Assembly: GCA_964428655.1 (NCBI GenBank)
Contig: CAYRYE010000001.1
Location: 462,158-526,157, forward strand
Length of the DNA stretch: 64,000 nucleotides
Source of the DNA: an uncultured Gammaproteobacteria bacterium
Lineage (GTDB): Bacteria > Patescibacteriota > Microgenomatia > UBA12405 > JAHJSD01
Reading direction: 5' to 3'
Made by a program: the position numbers and the translations under genes. Every line of letters starts with the position of its first letter. Position 1 is the first letter of the stretch. Positions 29,573-39,233 of this stretch are shown in pieces. The notes under the pieces were generated by a model. The model made no database searches. It worked only from the letters and a program-made list of their open reading frames with translations, and was not told the DNA's origin.

Positions 29573-30470
29573 CATTTACGAGCAAGTTGATCGGAACAAA
29601 CGCCGATCAGTTTTCATTGTTGCTGCTTTTATTGCTTTCGTAATTGGTTTTGTTTGGTTGATCGGCCATTTTCTAGAGAGTGATCCAAGCTTAATCATCT
29701 TTGCCGTTATTTTTTCTGTCTTTTTTTCCATTGGCGGCTATTTCTGGGGTGACAAAATAATTCTCGGATTATCAAGGGCAAAGCTTGCCACCAAACAAGA
29801 GCACTTTAAATTTTATACTGCGGCCGAGAATCTAGCTATTGCTGCCCAAATCTCAATTCCCAAGCTCTATGTTATTGAAAGTCAGGCCATGAATGCCTTT
29901 GCCGCTGGTCGTGATCCGGAACACGCCACTGTCTGTATTACTACCGGCTTATTAGAAAAACTTGATAAAAGCGAGCTGGAAGGAGTTATCGCTCATGAGA
30001 TTTCGCATATCACCAATTATGATATCCGCCTAATGACCATCGTTGCTGTTTTGGTGGGCACGATTACTCTTCTAAGCAACTGGCTCATGAGAGCTGGCAG
30101 GTTTACTTCTCGCTCTAGAGATAGAAGACGAAGGGAAATTAACCCAATCATTGCCATAGTGGGTTTAGTAATGTTTATTATCTCACCCATCGTTGCCAAA
30201 CTTATCCAATTAGCCATTTCCCGAAGAAGAGAATATTTAGCCGATGCCTCAGCGGTAAAATTAACTAAACAGCCCCAAAGCCTGATTAATGCTTTAAATA
30301 AATTAGCCGCTAGCTCAACCCCTCTAAGGTTTGCCAATCCGGCAACAGCCCATCTGTATATTGTTAATCCTTTCGGAAAAGTGAAAAGCGGTTTGCAAAG
30401 ATTTGTCACTCTCTTTTCCACCCACCCGCCAATGGAAGACAGGATTGCCAGTCTAAAACAAATGTTGTAA
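29565..30470 (+). CDS. htpX: Zinc metalloprotease HtpX (M48)
   Basis: NAFAAGR, AHEISH (HExxH), SRRREYLAD, STHPP. Confidence 0.93.
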   Translation: MLNIYEQVDRNKRRSVFIVAAFIAFVIGFVWLIGHFLESDPSLIIFAVIFSVFFSIGGYFWGDKIILGLSRAKLATKQEHFKFYTAAENLAIAAQISIPKLYVIESQAMNAFAAGRDPEHATVCITTGLLEKLDKSELEGVIAHEISHITNYDIRLMTIVAVLVGTITLLSNWLMRAGRFTSRSRDRRRREINPIIAIVGLVMFIISPIVAKLIQLAISRRREYLADASAVKLTKQPQSLINALNKLAASSTPLRFANPATAHLYIVNPFGKVKSGLQRFVTLFSTHPPMEDRIASLKQML

Positions 30471-30484
30471 GTTAAAACCAATAG

Positions 30485-30511
30485 TTAGCACTTGACTTCT
30501 TGAACTGCTTA
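30485..30511 (+). promoter_or_regulatory. Degenerate CIRCE (HrcA operator)
   Basis: TTAGCACTT-N9-AACTGCTTA versus consensus TTAGCACTC-N9-GAGTGCTAA, upstream of clpB. Confidence 0.7.
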
Positions 30512-30520
30512 TTCTATATT
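30492..30520 (+). promoter_or_regulatory. Sigma70 promoter of clpB
   Basis: TTGACT-17 nt-TATATT. Confidence 0.7.
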
Positions 30521-30529
30521 TAATTTAAC

Positions 30530-33136
30530 ATGGTGTTTGATCCAAACAAGCTGACTCACAATTCACAGCAAGCTTTGGTCAAAGCTCAAGAATTTGCTGG
30601 AAACTACAAGCATCCTCAAGTAGAACCGCTTCACTTATTTTTAGCTCTCATCATAGGATTGGAGGGAATTGTTGTTGAAGCAATTAAAAAACTAGATGTT
30701 AGTATCGAGAGCCTGGTTAGTGAAATAGAAAAAAAGCTTAATGCTTTACCTAAAGCCGGGGGTGAACTCGACCAAGTTTATGTTTCTCAAAAATTGAGCC
30801 AAGTTCTCAATCAGGCCAGAAAAGAAACTGACTCACTTGGCGATAATTTTATTTCTCGAGAACATTTATTTTTAGCTTTACTAGAGATTGATTCAGATTC
30901 TAAAGAAGCTGGACAAAAATTAGGAATTAATAAAGATAAAATAAAAAAAGTTCTGGTGAATTTGAGGGGAAGTCAAAAGGTGACTGACCAAAATCCGGAA
31001 GGAAAATACAATGTTTTGGAAAAATACACCCTCGATTTAACTAGGCAGGCTCAAGACGGAAAACTGGATCCGGTTATTGGCCGGGATAAAGAAATCAGAA
31101 GAATAATGCAAATTTTATCTCGACGAACCAAAAACAACCCGGTTTTGGTTGGTGACCCAGGAGTAGGAAAAACAGCCATTGTTGAAGGATTAGCTCAAAG
31201 AATTGTCTCTAGTGACATACCTGAAAGCTTAAGTGATAAAAAAGTATTGTCTTTAGACTTAGCCGCTCTTTTGGCAGGAACTAAATTTAGAGGCGAATTT
31301 GAAGAGAGATTAAAAGCGGTTTTAAAAGAAATTGAAGCTGGAACGGGCAAACACATTCTTTTCATTGATGAGCTTCATACTTTAGTTGGAGCTGGCGCCG
31401 CTGAGGGAGCGGTTGATGCCGCCAACATGTTGAAGCCGGCTTTGGCAAGAGGCACATTGCACGCTATTGGCGCCACCACTATTGGCGAATACCGAAAATA
31501 TATTGAAAAGGATGCCGCTTTGGAAAGGCGCTTCCAGCCTGTTTATATTAATGAGCCGTCGATTGAAGATGCAATCGCCATCTTAAGGGGACTTAAGGAA
31601 AAATATGAAATTCATCACGGAATTAGAATTCAAGATAATGCCATTGTTGCCGCCGTTATGCTTTCCAACCGTTATATCCGAGACCGATTTCTGCCTGACA
31701 AAGCTATTGATTTAATTGATGAAGCCGCCTCTTCTTTGAAAATTGAGGCTGAATCAATGCCAACCGATTTAGACGAACTTCAAAGACGAATTACCCAAAT
31801 TAAAATTGAACTCCAAGCCTTGAAAAAAGAAAAGGCGGAATCAGTTAAAAGCAAAGTAAAAACTTTGGAAAAAGAATTAGCGAATAAAAATGAAAAATTC
31901 CGCGATTTGCAATCAGCTTGGGAAAGACAAAGAAAAATTGTTTCCAAAATTAGACAAGTCAAAGCAAAATTAGATAGGCTTCACGAACAATTTAAAAAAG
32001 CAGAAAGAGAAATTGACCTCAATAAAGCAGCTGAAATTAAATATGGCCAAATTCCTGAGTCGGAAAAGGAATTGAAAAAGCTTGAGGAAAAATGGCAAGC
32101 TGTTTCTAAGAAAAAGCGATTGATCAGGGAAGAGGTCAGCGAAGAAGATATCGCTCAAATTGTTTTCCGATGGACTGGTGTTCCGGTTTCAAAGTTAATC
32201 TCTTCTGAATCAGAAAAATTGGCTAATCTAGAAAATGAACTTCACAAAAGAATCATCAATCAAAACGAAGCCGTAATGGAAGTGGCTAATGCCATCAGGA
32301 GAGCCAGGGCGGGAATAAAAGAAGAAGATAGGCCAATTGGCTCCTTTATGTTTATTGGGCCCACCGGAGTAGGGAAAACTGAATTGGCCAAAGCGCTAGC
32401 GGCAGTTCTTTTTGATGATCAAGAAGCGATGATTAGAATCGATATGAGTGAGTATATGGAACAACACTCCGTGGCCAGGCTAATTGGCTCTCCACCGGGC
32501 TATGTTGGTCATGAAGAGGGAGGGCAATTAACTGAAGCGGTGCGAAGAAAACCATACACTGCTATTCTCCTTGATGAGATTGAGAAGGCTCACTCTCAAG
32601 TTTTCAATATTTTACTTCAATTACTGGATGACGGTCGCTTAACTGACGGTAAGGGAAGAACAGTTGATTTTAGGAATACTATTATCATTATGACTTCTAA
32701 CTTGGGTAGTGAAATTATTCGTGAATACACTGAAGAGAAAAAAGATAAAAAGCAAATGGAAACGGAAATCTGGGAAATAATTAATCAATCTTTTAAGCCG
32801 GAATTTATTAATCGGCTTGATCAAATAATTCTTTTTGAATCCCTAAAACAGGAGGCGATTGAAAAAATTGTTGATCTTCAAATTAAAGAAATTGAAAAAA
32901 GACTGGCTGATCAGAAAATAAAAATCAAAGTTTCAAAAGAGGCCAGGAAAATTTTGGCCAAAAAAGGCTATGATCCTGTCTTTGGAGCTAGGCCCCTAAA
33001 GCGGCTAATTCAAAAAGAAATTCTCGACCCCTTAGCAATGATGATCATTGAAGGAAAGATAAAAAAAGAAGGCAGAGTTGAAGCTTCTGTTAAAAATGGC
33101 AAAGTTGTTATTTGTCAACCATCAAGGAGGCAATGA
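30530..33136 (+). CDS. clpB: Chaperone ClpB
   Basis: Two AAA+ modules ([16 protein letters not shown]), long coiled-coil middle domain, 868 aa. Confidence 0.97.
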   Translation: MVFDPNKLTHNSQQALVKAQEFAGNYKHPQVEPLHLFLALIIGLEGIVVEAIKKLDVSIESLVSEIEKKLNALPKAGGELDQVYVSQKLSQVLNQARKETDSLGDNFISREHLFLALLEIDSDSKEAGQKLGINKDKIKKVLVNLRGSQKVTDQNPEGKYNVLEKYTLDLTRQAQDGKLDPVIGRDKEIRRIMQILSRRTKNNPVLVGDPGVGKTAIVEGLAQRIVSSDIPESLSDKKVLSLDLAALLAGTKFRGEFEERLKAVLKEIEAGTGKHILFIDELHTLVGAGAAEGAVDAANMLKPALARGTLHAIGATTIGEYRKYIEKDAALERRFQPVYINEPSIEDAIAILRGLKEKYEIHHGIRIQDNAIVAAVMLSNRYIRDRFLPDKAIDLIDEAASSLKIEAESMPTDLDELQRRITQIKIELQALKKEKAESVKSKVKTLEKELANKNEKFRDLQSAWERQRKIVSKIRQVKAKLDRLHEQFKKAEREIDLNKAAEIKYGQIPESEKELKKLEEKWQAVSKKKRLIREEVSEEDIAQIVFRWTGVPVSKLISSESEKLANLENELHKRIINQNEAVMEVANAIRRARAGIKEEDRPIGSFMFIGPTGVGKTELAKALAAVLFDDQEAMIRIDMSEYMEQHSVARLIGSPPGYVGHEEGGQLTEAVRRKPYTAILLDEIEKAHSQVFNILLQLLDDGRLTDGKGRTVDFRNTIIIMTSNLGSEIIREYTEEKKDKKQMETEIWEIINQSFKPEFINRLDQIILFESLKQEAIEKIVDLQIKEIEKRLADQKIKIKVSKEARKILAKKGYDPVFGARPLKRLIQKEILDPLAMMIIEGKIKKEGRVEASVKNGKVVICQPSRRQ

Positions 33137-34193
33137 AAGTAGTGATCGGCACCGCCAAAATAAGACCGATGCTGCCAACTAATATTCTCACCACCTCATC
33201 AGCAATGATTTCGTAGTTTATTACTTCTGAAAATGGGCGCGAAGTGTCAATAAAAAGCAAGAGCAGCGGCAGGGCCGCCCCCGTATAAACCAGCACCAGC
33301 GTATTCACCATTGAGGAAATATGGTCTCTGCCAACATCCATTGCTTTTTTATATAAATCTCCCTGTTTTAATTTAGGGTTAGCCTTCTTCAGTTGAGAAA
33401 CAATGGCTGATTGAGAGACGGTAATGTCGTCTAAAACCCCCAAAACACCAATAATAATGCCTGCAAGGAGCAAGCCTTTAATATTAATTACTCCCTGTTT
33501 GGCAGCTTGCAAAAAGCCAGCTTCTTCTGAAGCAAAACCAGTCAGTTTGGCCGCCTCAACAAAAATACCAGCAAGTATCCCAGTAATTACTAGGGCGATA
33601 ACGGTTCCGGCAATCGCTATCGTTGTTTTTTTATTAAAGCCATGTGATAGGTAAAAAGTAATCGGAATGATAAACAACGAACCAACAATGGCAATGAAAA
33701 TCGGATTAGCTCCAGCAGAAATCTTAGGCAAGATAAACTTGAAAATTACCAAAAAAGAAAGACCCATTCCCAAAAGAGAACTGGCTCCTCGCCATCTGCC
33801 GATAATCATTGCGAGAATAACGAAAATAAAAAACAGCCAAAGCAGGGGATTGCGCCTGATATAGTCAGTGATATAAAAGTAGTCGCCGCCCTCAAAATCT
33901 TTACTGTAGCCGACAATCACCTTGTCACCAATCTTATATTTCTGCGGGTTGGCAAGCGGAACATTGCCATTTTCAATGATAATAGTTTTGTCCTCCAAAG
34001 GGCCTTTTGTTACTAACAGTTCTAGTTTTTGATAGAGCTGCTTTTCATCCATAACCTCAATCTCTTCTTCTTCCAAGACGCCAACAATCACTGCTTCTAA
34101 AGTTACTTCTTGGGCAAAAACAGGAGTAATTAAAGCTAAAACAAAAAGAAACAGGAGAGTATGGATCAGGGCTATAAATGCCTTAATTTTCAT
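33108..34193 (-). CDS. YibE/F family membrane protein
   Basis: [39 protein letters not shown]. Confidence 0.9.
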   Translation of the reverse strand: MKIKAFIALIHTLLFLFVLALITPVFAQEVTLEAVIVGVLEEEEIEVMDEKQLYQKLELLVTKGPLEDKTIIIENGNVPLANPQKYKIGDKVIVGYSKDFEGGDYFYITDYIRRNPLLWLFFIFVILAMIIGRWRGASSLLGMGLSFLVIFKFILPKISAGANPIFIAIVGSLFIIPITFYLSHGFNKKTTIAIAGTVIALVITGILAGIFVEAAKLTGFASEEAGFLQAAKQGVINIKGLLLAGIIIGVLGVLDDITVSQSAIVSQLKKANPKLKQGDLYKKAMDVGRDHISSMVNTLVLVYTGAALPLLLLFIDTSRPFSEVINYEIIADEVVRILVGSIGLILAVPITTFIASLMVDK

Positions 34194-34238
34194 TTACTGG
34201 ATGATGACAGATGTTAAAAATAAAAAACTTATCTTGAG

Positions 34239-34436
34239 CTAAATAACAAATATTCCTTCTCCGCCCCTAAGGGGCACTCGTAACCTTACAGGAGTTATGC
34301 CTGGTATTACTCTTTCACCTGGGGGAACAGCATCAGTTTTTTTTCTTATCCTTAGGAAAGTAACCGAGGCGGTTTTCTCGGGAACTTCTTTTGTAAATTG
34401 ATAGTCTTTTAAAATATCCAGCTTTGAGCTTGCCAT
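34239..34436 (-). CDS. Small hypothetical protein (65 aa)
   Basis: Fills the gap, co-oriented with neighbours, TATAAT upstream; no motif. Confidence 0.4.
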   Translation of the reverse strand: MASSKLDILKDYQFTKEVPEKTASVTFLRIRKKTDAVPPGERVIPGITPVRLRVPLRGGEGIFVI

Positions 34437-34536
34437 TTTATTAATTAAAAACTAAACCTTACTTTCTATAGGGTATTATATTTTTATTGTTTTGTCAATT
34501 AGTCTGGCAAAAATTAGGGCAACAGTTTGTTTCTGT

Positions 34537-35562
34537 TCATATTTTTATTAGTTTTTCTAACCAGGGAATGTGTTTGTTTTTTCTTTCCTGCCCGCTATCG
34601 CTTTGCTCAAGCAATTGCAGGCGGGTCCACCATAAGTCATCCCAAATATAGTGAACTGCTAGTTGTTTATACTTACCATATCTTTCAAAATATTTCAGTA
34701 GTTGTTCAACTGGAACAGGCTTTTCCGGGTCTTTATTAAAAAATAGTTTAGAGTAGATTTTTTGCTCCCAGGGGGAGATATGGTCAAAAAAGTCATAATG
34801 ATGAAAAACATCAAAGAGCAAATACCAAACGGTTGCAGGCCCAACACCGTATAGTTTTAAGAGTTCTTGTTTTTGTGCTTCCTTGTTTTTCTGGCGTAAC
34901 TCAAACTCATCAATCAAGTTTTGGGAAAAATAACCATCAATTCTCTTGATAGATTTAGCCCGATAGCCAACTTTTAAGATCCTCAATTCATTTTCAGTAA
35001 TCTTTCTGAGACTGCCGGGTTTCCAAAAACACCATAGTTTTTTACCACCATATTCAAGTAATTTGCCATAGTTTTCAAATAATACCTGAAGCATATAGAT
35101 GGAACGCTTAACAGTGGCATTTTGCAAAACAATGCCGACAATCAAATACTCGTAAAGAGAATTTTGGTGTCCTGGTCTCATTCCCCTTAGACGCTTGATA
35201 ACTGGTTTTAAGATTTTATCGTTTGCAAATTGCTTATAGAAATCAGTTAAATCCAAATCCAGATTATAGCGATAACGAATTTCTTTGATTAGTGGCCCAA
35301 TAAATTCATCAGCCAGTTTTTTTTGATAGTAAATATCAACTCTTAATTTGGGGTGATTAACACTACCGAGATTGTTGAATTTTAAACCGAGCTGTTTTCC
35401 CTGCCAATACCAAGTTTGCCACCTGACTCCAGGTTGCCAGAAGTTATCTCCCGAAGGAAAATGGGCAGGCTTATGAAAAGTAGCGTCAAAAGCAAATGGA
35501 GTAGTGGGTTCTGTTTCCACTGACTTGACTTTTTTCAGTTTCATTTGCTTGAAATCTCCCAA
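34537..35562 (-). CDS. HhH-GPD superfamily DNA glycosylase (AlkA/Ogg-like)
   Basis: IVLQNA, GYRAK, LLKLYGVGPATV helix-hairpin-helix; start may be ATG 35544. Confidence 0.8.
   Translation of the reverse strand: MGDFKQMKLKKVKSVETEPTTPFAFDATFHKPAHFPSGDNFWQPGVRWQTWYWQGKQLGLKFNNLGSVNHPKLRVDIYYQKKLADEFIGPLIKEIRYRYNLDLDLTDFYKQFANDKILKPVIKRLRGMRPGHQNSLYEYLIVGIVLQNATVKRSIYMLQVLFENYGKLLEYGGKKLWCFWKPGSLRKITENELRILKVGYRAKSIKRIDGYFSQNLIDEFELRQKNKEAQKQELLKLYGVGPATVWYLLFDVFHHYDFFDHISPWEQKIYSKLFFNKDPEKPVPVEQLLKYFERYGKYKQLAVHYIWDDLWWTRLQLLEQSDSGQERKNKHIPWLEKLIKI
34587..34625. repeat. 39-nt GC-rich palindromic element apparently inserted in frame in the glycosylase gene
   Basis: CCTGCCCGC-TATCGCTT-TGCTC-AAGCAATT-GCAGGCGGG hairpin; removal gives WWKRKNKHIPW without a frameshift. 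Confidence 0.75.
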
Positions 35563-35909
35563 ATATGTCCATCAGGGTCTTTGAAATAAGCAACAGTTTG
35601 CCCCCATTCAGTTGTTTTTGGGCCTTCAAATATCTTTACGCCTTTGCTTTCTAGGGATTTGCAGGCTTTCTCTACATCGTCAACCTGAAAACCGATTAAA
35701 TTGCCTCCTCCCTGCTTCATATTTTCTTTAGGGAACATTGCTGCTGCCTCATCTTTTTGAAAGATAGCCAGTGATGTGCCTTCTAATTTAAAGTTAGCAA
35801 ACTTACCCTCTTGGGAGTTGATTTCCAAACCAAGAATGTCTTTGTAAAAAGACAATGATTTCTCAAAATTATCCACTAATAAACAAATGGCAAATAATTT
35901 GTTAAACAT
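35541..35909 (-). CDS. VOC/glyoxalase family protein
   Basis: L.V..FEKSLSFY..ILG, F.VDDVE, WG....YFKDPDGH.WE. Confidence 0.9.
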   Translation of the reverse strand: MFNKLFAICLLVDNFEKSLSFYKDILGLEINSQEGKFANFKLEGTSLAIFQKDEAAAMFPKENMKQGGGNLIGFQVDDVEKACKSLESKGVKIFEGPKTTEWGQTVAYFKDPDGHIWEISSK

Positions 35910-35917
35910 TAACTATT

Positions 35918-37138
35918 TCACCTCTTTTCATTTTTCTCCTTAGAAAAATAATACTTCTTGCTTTTGATTTTATCAGGTAATAAGTTTTTATTCTTATCAG
36001 GATATTCTTCATAGCCTTTGCCATAGTTTAGTTTTTTCATTAACTTGGTGACGGGATTTCTCAGATGAAGTGGAATAGGAAGATTACCGTGTTTTTGAAC
36101 ATCGGCCTGGGCGGTTCTGAGGGCATTGTAAGACGACCTGTCTTTGGGGGCTTTGGCCAGATAAATTACCCCATGAGCCAGATTAATGGCACACTCAGGA
36201 TATCCTATTGTTTCACAGGTTTTAAATACTTCATTAGCGACCACTAGGGCAGTGGGGAGGGCCATCCCAATGTCTTCTGAAGCAAAGATAACCATTCTTC
36301 TGGCAATGAATTTAGGATCTTCGCCCGCCTCTATCATTCGAGCAAGATAATAAAGGGCCGCATCGGCATCTGAAGCTCTCATGCTTTTAATAAAAGCAGA
36401 AATGGTGTTGTAGTGTTCCTCGCCTTTTTTATCAAAGCGCAAGTGCTTTGATTGAAGGGTTTCTTTTAGGGATTTAACTGTTAACTTATTATAAAGCCGG
36501 TAAGTATTTTCAATTAAATTAATTGCCTGCCTGGCGTCTCCATCTGCTACTCTGATAAGCCAATCTTTGGCCTTTTTACTTATTCTTACTTTTGGTTTAA
36601 GTTTATTTAAAGCTCTATCAATAACAATTGACATTTCATCTGAGGTCAAAGGATTTAAAACAAAAACTCGGCAGCGCGAAAGCAAAGGAGCAATTACTTC
36701 AAATGAGGGATTTTCTGTAGTGGCGCCAATCAAAGTTAGAGTGCCATCTTCAACATAAGGCAAAAGGTAATCTTGCTGGGCCTTGTTAAAACGATGAATC
36801 TCATCTAAAAAAAGAATTGTTCGCTTTCTTTCTTTAACTTTTTCATTTTTAGAAAAAAGATCTGCTCTGGCTTTTTCTTTAACGGCATTAACTATTTTCC
36901 TGACATCATCTTTTTTAGCTGAAACAGCTGAAAGATTAAAAAAATTAGAATTAGTCTCAGCGGCAATAATTCTGGCCAAAGTTGTTTTGCCGCAACCAGG
37001 CGGGCCCCAAAAAACTATTGAGAAAACCTGATCCCGCTCAATAGCCAACCGCAAAGGCTTATCTTCGCCCACTAAATGTTCTTGACCAATAAATTCAGAA
37101 AGATTTTGAGGACGGATTTTATCAGCTAAAGGATTCAT
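35918..37138 (-). CDS. rarA: Replication-associated recombination protein RarA/MgsA
   Basis: PLADKIRP, WGPPGCGKT, DEIHRFNKAQQD, ISAFIKSMRASD, ASEDIG. Confidence 0.96.
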   Translation of the reverse strand: MNPLADKIRPQNLSEFIGQEHLVGEDKPLRLAIERDQVFSIVFWGPPGCGKTTLARIIAAETNSNFFNLSAVSAKKDDVRKIVNAVKEKARADLFSKNEKVKERKRTILFLDEIHRFNKAQQDYLLPYVEDGTLTLIGATTENPSFEVIAPLLSRCRVFVLNPLTSDEMSIVIDRALNKLKPKVRISKKAKDWLIRVADGDARQAINLIENTYRLYNKLTVKSLKETLQSKHLRFDKKGEEHYNTISAFIKSMRASDADAALYYLARMIEAGEDPKFIARRMVIFASEDIGMALPTALVVANEVFKTCETIGYPECAINLAHGVIYLAKAPKDRSSYNALRTAQADVQKHGNLPIPLHLRNPVTKLMKKLNYGKGYEEYPDKNKNLLPDKIKSKKYYFSKEKNEKR

Positions 37139-37389
37139 GACTAATTATACCGCTTTATCCTTTTCTTCTCCTGTTCTGCCTGCCGGAACGAGTAGGTCTT
37201 CTCATTTGCCTCTTGTTGCATTGGGTTATATCAGAGGGAAGTCTCTGAGGATACCTTCTTGTTCAGCCTCTTTATTTCTCCTTTCTTTCTTCATAAACCG
37301 ACCTTTTTTGTTAACCTTAGTGTTTTCAATAATAAATGTTATGGGGGAAAATATCAATCATCAATTTTGTGGTAGTATATGAAAGAAGA

Positions 37390-37686
37390 ATGAAGAAGAA
37401 AAATGTTGATATTAATCATCTAGCTAAATTAGCTAATATTAAATTAACTAAAAAAGAGGTCAAAAAATATTCCCCCCAGCTTAAAGAAATCCTCAATTAC
37501 ATCAACCAATTAGAAGAACTTGACACTAGTTCTATTGATGCTACTGCTAGGGTAATTGATTCCTCCAATGTAACTTTTGAAGACGGGATTAAGCCAGAGG
37601 AAACGTTAACTGATTTAAACGGATTAAAGGTGCAAAAAAGAAACGGCAAAAAATATTTCATCGTTGAACGGATTAAGTGGGAATAG
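37390..37686 (+). CDS. gatC: Asp/Glu-tRNA amidotransferase subunit C
   Basis: HLAKLANI, ILNYINQLEELDT; precedes gatA. Confidence 0.9.
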   Translation: MKKKNVDINHLAKLANIKLTKKEVKKYSPQLKEILNYINQLEELDTSSIDATARVIDSSNVTFEDGIKPEETLTDLNGLKVQKRNGKKYFIVERIKWE

Positions 37687-37690
37687 AAAG

Positions 37691-39100
37691 ATGAAAATCT
37701 ATCAACAATCAATCAATCAATTAAGAAAATTAATCAAGGAGAAAAAAATTTCTCCCCAGGAGTTATATGGCACCTTTTTAAAAAGGATTAAGCAAATTAA
37801 TCCTAAACTAAATGCTTTTTTAACAGTCATTGATCAACCGGAAATAGATAAAAGCAAAGAAAATCAACCTCTTTTTGGAATACCATTTTCCATGAAAGAT
37901 GTTTATCTAACTAAAGGAATTAGGACTACGGCTGGCTCAAAAATCTTGGAAAATTATATTCCCCAATATGATGCCACTGTCTATCGGAAACTAAAAGCAG
38001 CCGGAGCAATCTTAATCGGTAAAACAAACTGTGATGCCTGGGGACATGGTTCTTCTACAGAAAACTCAGACTATGGTCCCACTAGAAATCCTTGGAATTT
38101 GGAATATGTCCCTGGGGGATCAAGTGGAGGATCGGCCGCGGCCCTAGCAGCCAATCTGAGTGTTTTTGAAATCGGTGAAGACACCGGCGGCTCCATCAGG
38201 CTACCAGCTTCATTCTGTAATACAGTTGGCTTAAAAGTAACCTATGGATTGGTTTCGAGATACGGAACCATTGCTTATGCTTCCTCTTTGGACACTGTCG
38301 GACCAATGACAAGAACAGTTGAAGATTGTGCCCTAATTTTGGAAACAATCGCTGGGAAAGATAAATTAGATACTACCAGTACAAATAAAGAAAGCCTTCG
38401 GTATTCTAAAAAGCTGAATAAAAGCATTAAAGGATTAAGAATTGGCATCCCTAAAGAATACTTCGGCAAGGGAATCGACCAGCAAGTAAAAAAGAAATTA
38501 GATGAAGTGATTAAGATATTTAAAAAAATGGGTTGTAGAACAATCTCGATCTCTCTTCCCAGAACCAAATACGCCATTGCCGCCTATTATCCCATCGCCA
38601 CTAGCGAAACCAGCTCCAATCTGGGCCGCTACGATACTGTTAGATATGGCAATTCTAGAAGTGATTTTGGTCCAGAGGCTAAAAGAAGAATTATGTTGGG
38701 AGCCTTTACTTTATCTGCTGGATATTATGACGCTTATTACCTTAAGGCGACTAAAGTAAGAACACTGATCAAAGAGGATTTTGAAAAAGCCTTTAAAAAA
38801 GTTGATGTTATTATTGCTCCCACATCACCGACACCAGCCTTTAAAATAGGAGAAAAAGTAAATGACCCTCTCAAGATGTATCTCTCTGATATCTTTACCG
38901 TCCCTATTAATTTAGCCGGTGTACCATCGCTATCTCTTCCCTGCGGTTTCACTAAAAACGGCTTACCTATCGGTTTTCAAATTATCGGCAAACATTTTAA
39001 TGAAGATAAAATACTTAATGTTGGTTACCAATATGAAAAAGAGATTGGTGGTTTTAAAACAATCGAGAATTTAGATGAAAAAATTAAAAAAGAAAATTAA
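37691..39100 (+). CDS. gatA: Amidotransferase subunit A
   Basis: GKTNCD, PGGSSGGS, DTGGSIRLPA amidase signature, KRRIMLG. Confidence 0.97.
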   Translation: MKIYQQSINQLRKLIKEKKISPQELYGTFLKRIKQINPKLNAFLTVIDQPEIDKSKENQPLFGIPFSMKDVYLTKGIRTTAGSKILENYIPQYDATVYRKLKAAGAILIGKTNCDAWGHGSSTENSDYGPTRNPWNLEYVPGGSSGGSAAALAANLSVFEIGEDTGGSIRLPASFCNTVGLKVTYGLVSRYGTIAYASSLDTVGPMTRTVEDCALILETIAGKDKLDTTSTNKESLRYSKKLNKSIKGLRIGIPKEYFGKGIDQQVKKKLDEVIKIFKKMGCRTISISLPRTKYAIAAYYPIATSETSSNLGRYDTVRYGNSRSDFGPEAKRRIMLGAFTLSAGYYDAYYLKATKVRTLIKEDFEKAFKKVDVIIAPTSPTPAFKIGEKVNDPLKMYLSDIFTVPINLAGVPSLSLPCGFTKNGLPIGFQIIGKHFNEDKILNVGYQYEKEIGGFKTIENLDEKIKKEN

Positions 39101-39233
39101 TAAAGCAAAACAGACAATCTGGACCAAACTAGCTGAAGTTGGCCGGATAACAAGGGAATCAGAAGGAATGCCGTCTTTAGTAATTCTGGCAGTAATTGTT
39201 GTTAATCTTTTAGGAGAAAATGAGCAAAAATAA
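39075..39233 (+). CDS. Small hypothetical ORF (52 aa) between gatA and gatB
   Basis: Hand-translated; overlaps the gatA end and gatB start; below the ORF-track cutoff. Confidence 0.4.
   Translation: MKKLKKKINKAKQTIWTKLAEVGRITRESEGMPSLVILAVIVVNLLGENEQK

Noticed and set aside
37176-37196. CTGCCTGCCGGAACGAGTAGG as another copy of the palindromic element
   Set aside because: Only weak pairing and partial similarity; cannot be separated from chance without a genome-wide profile
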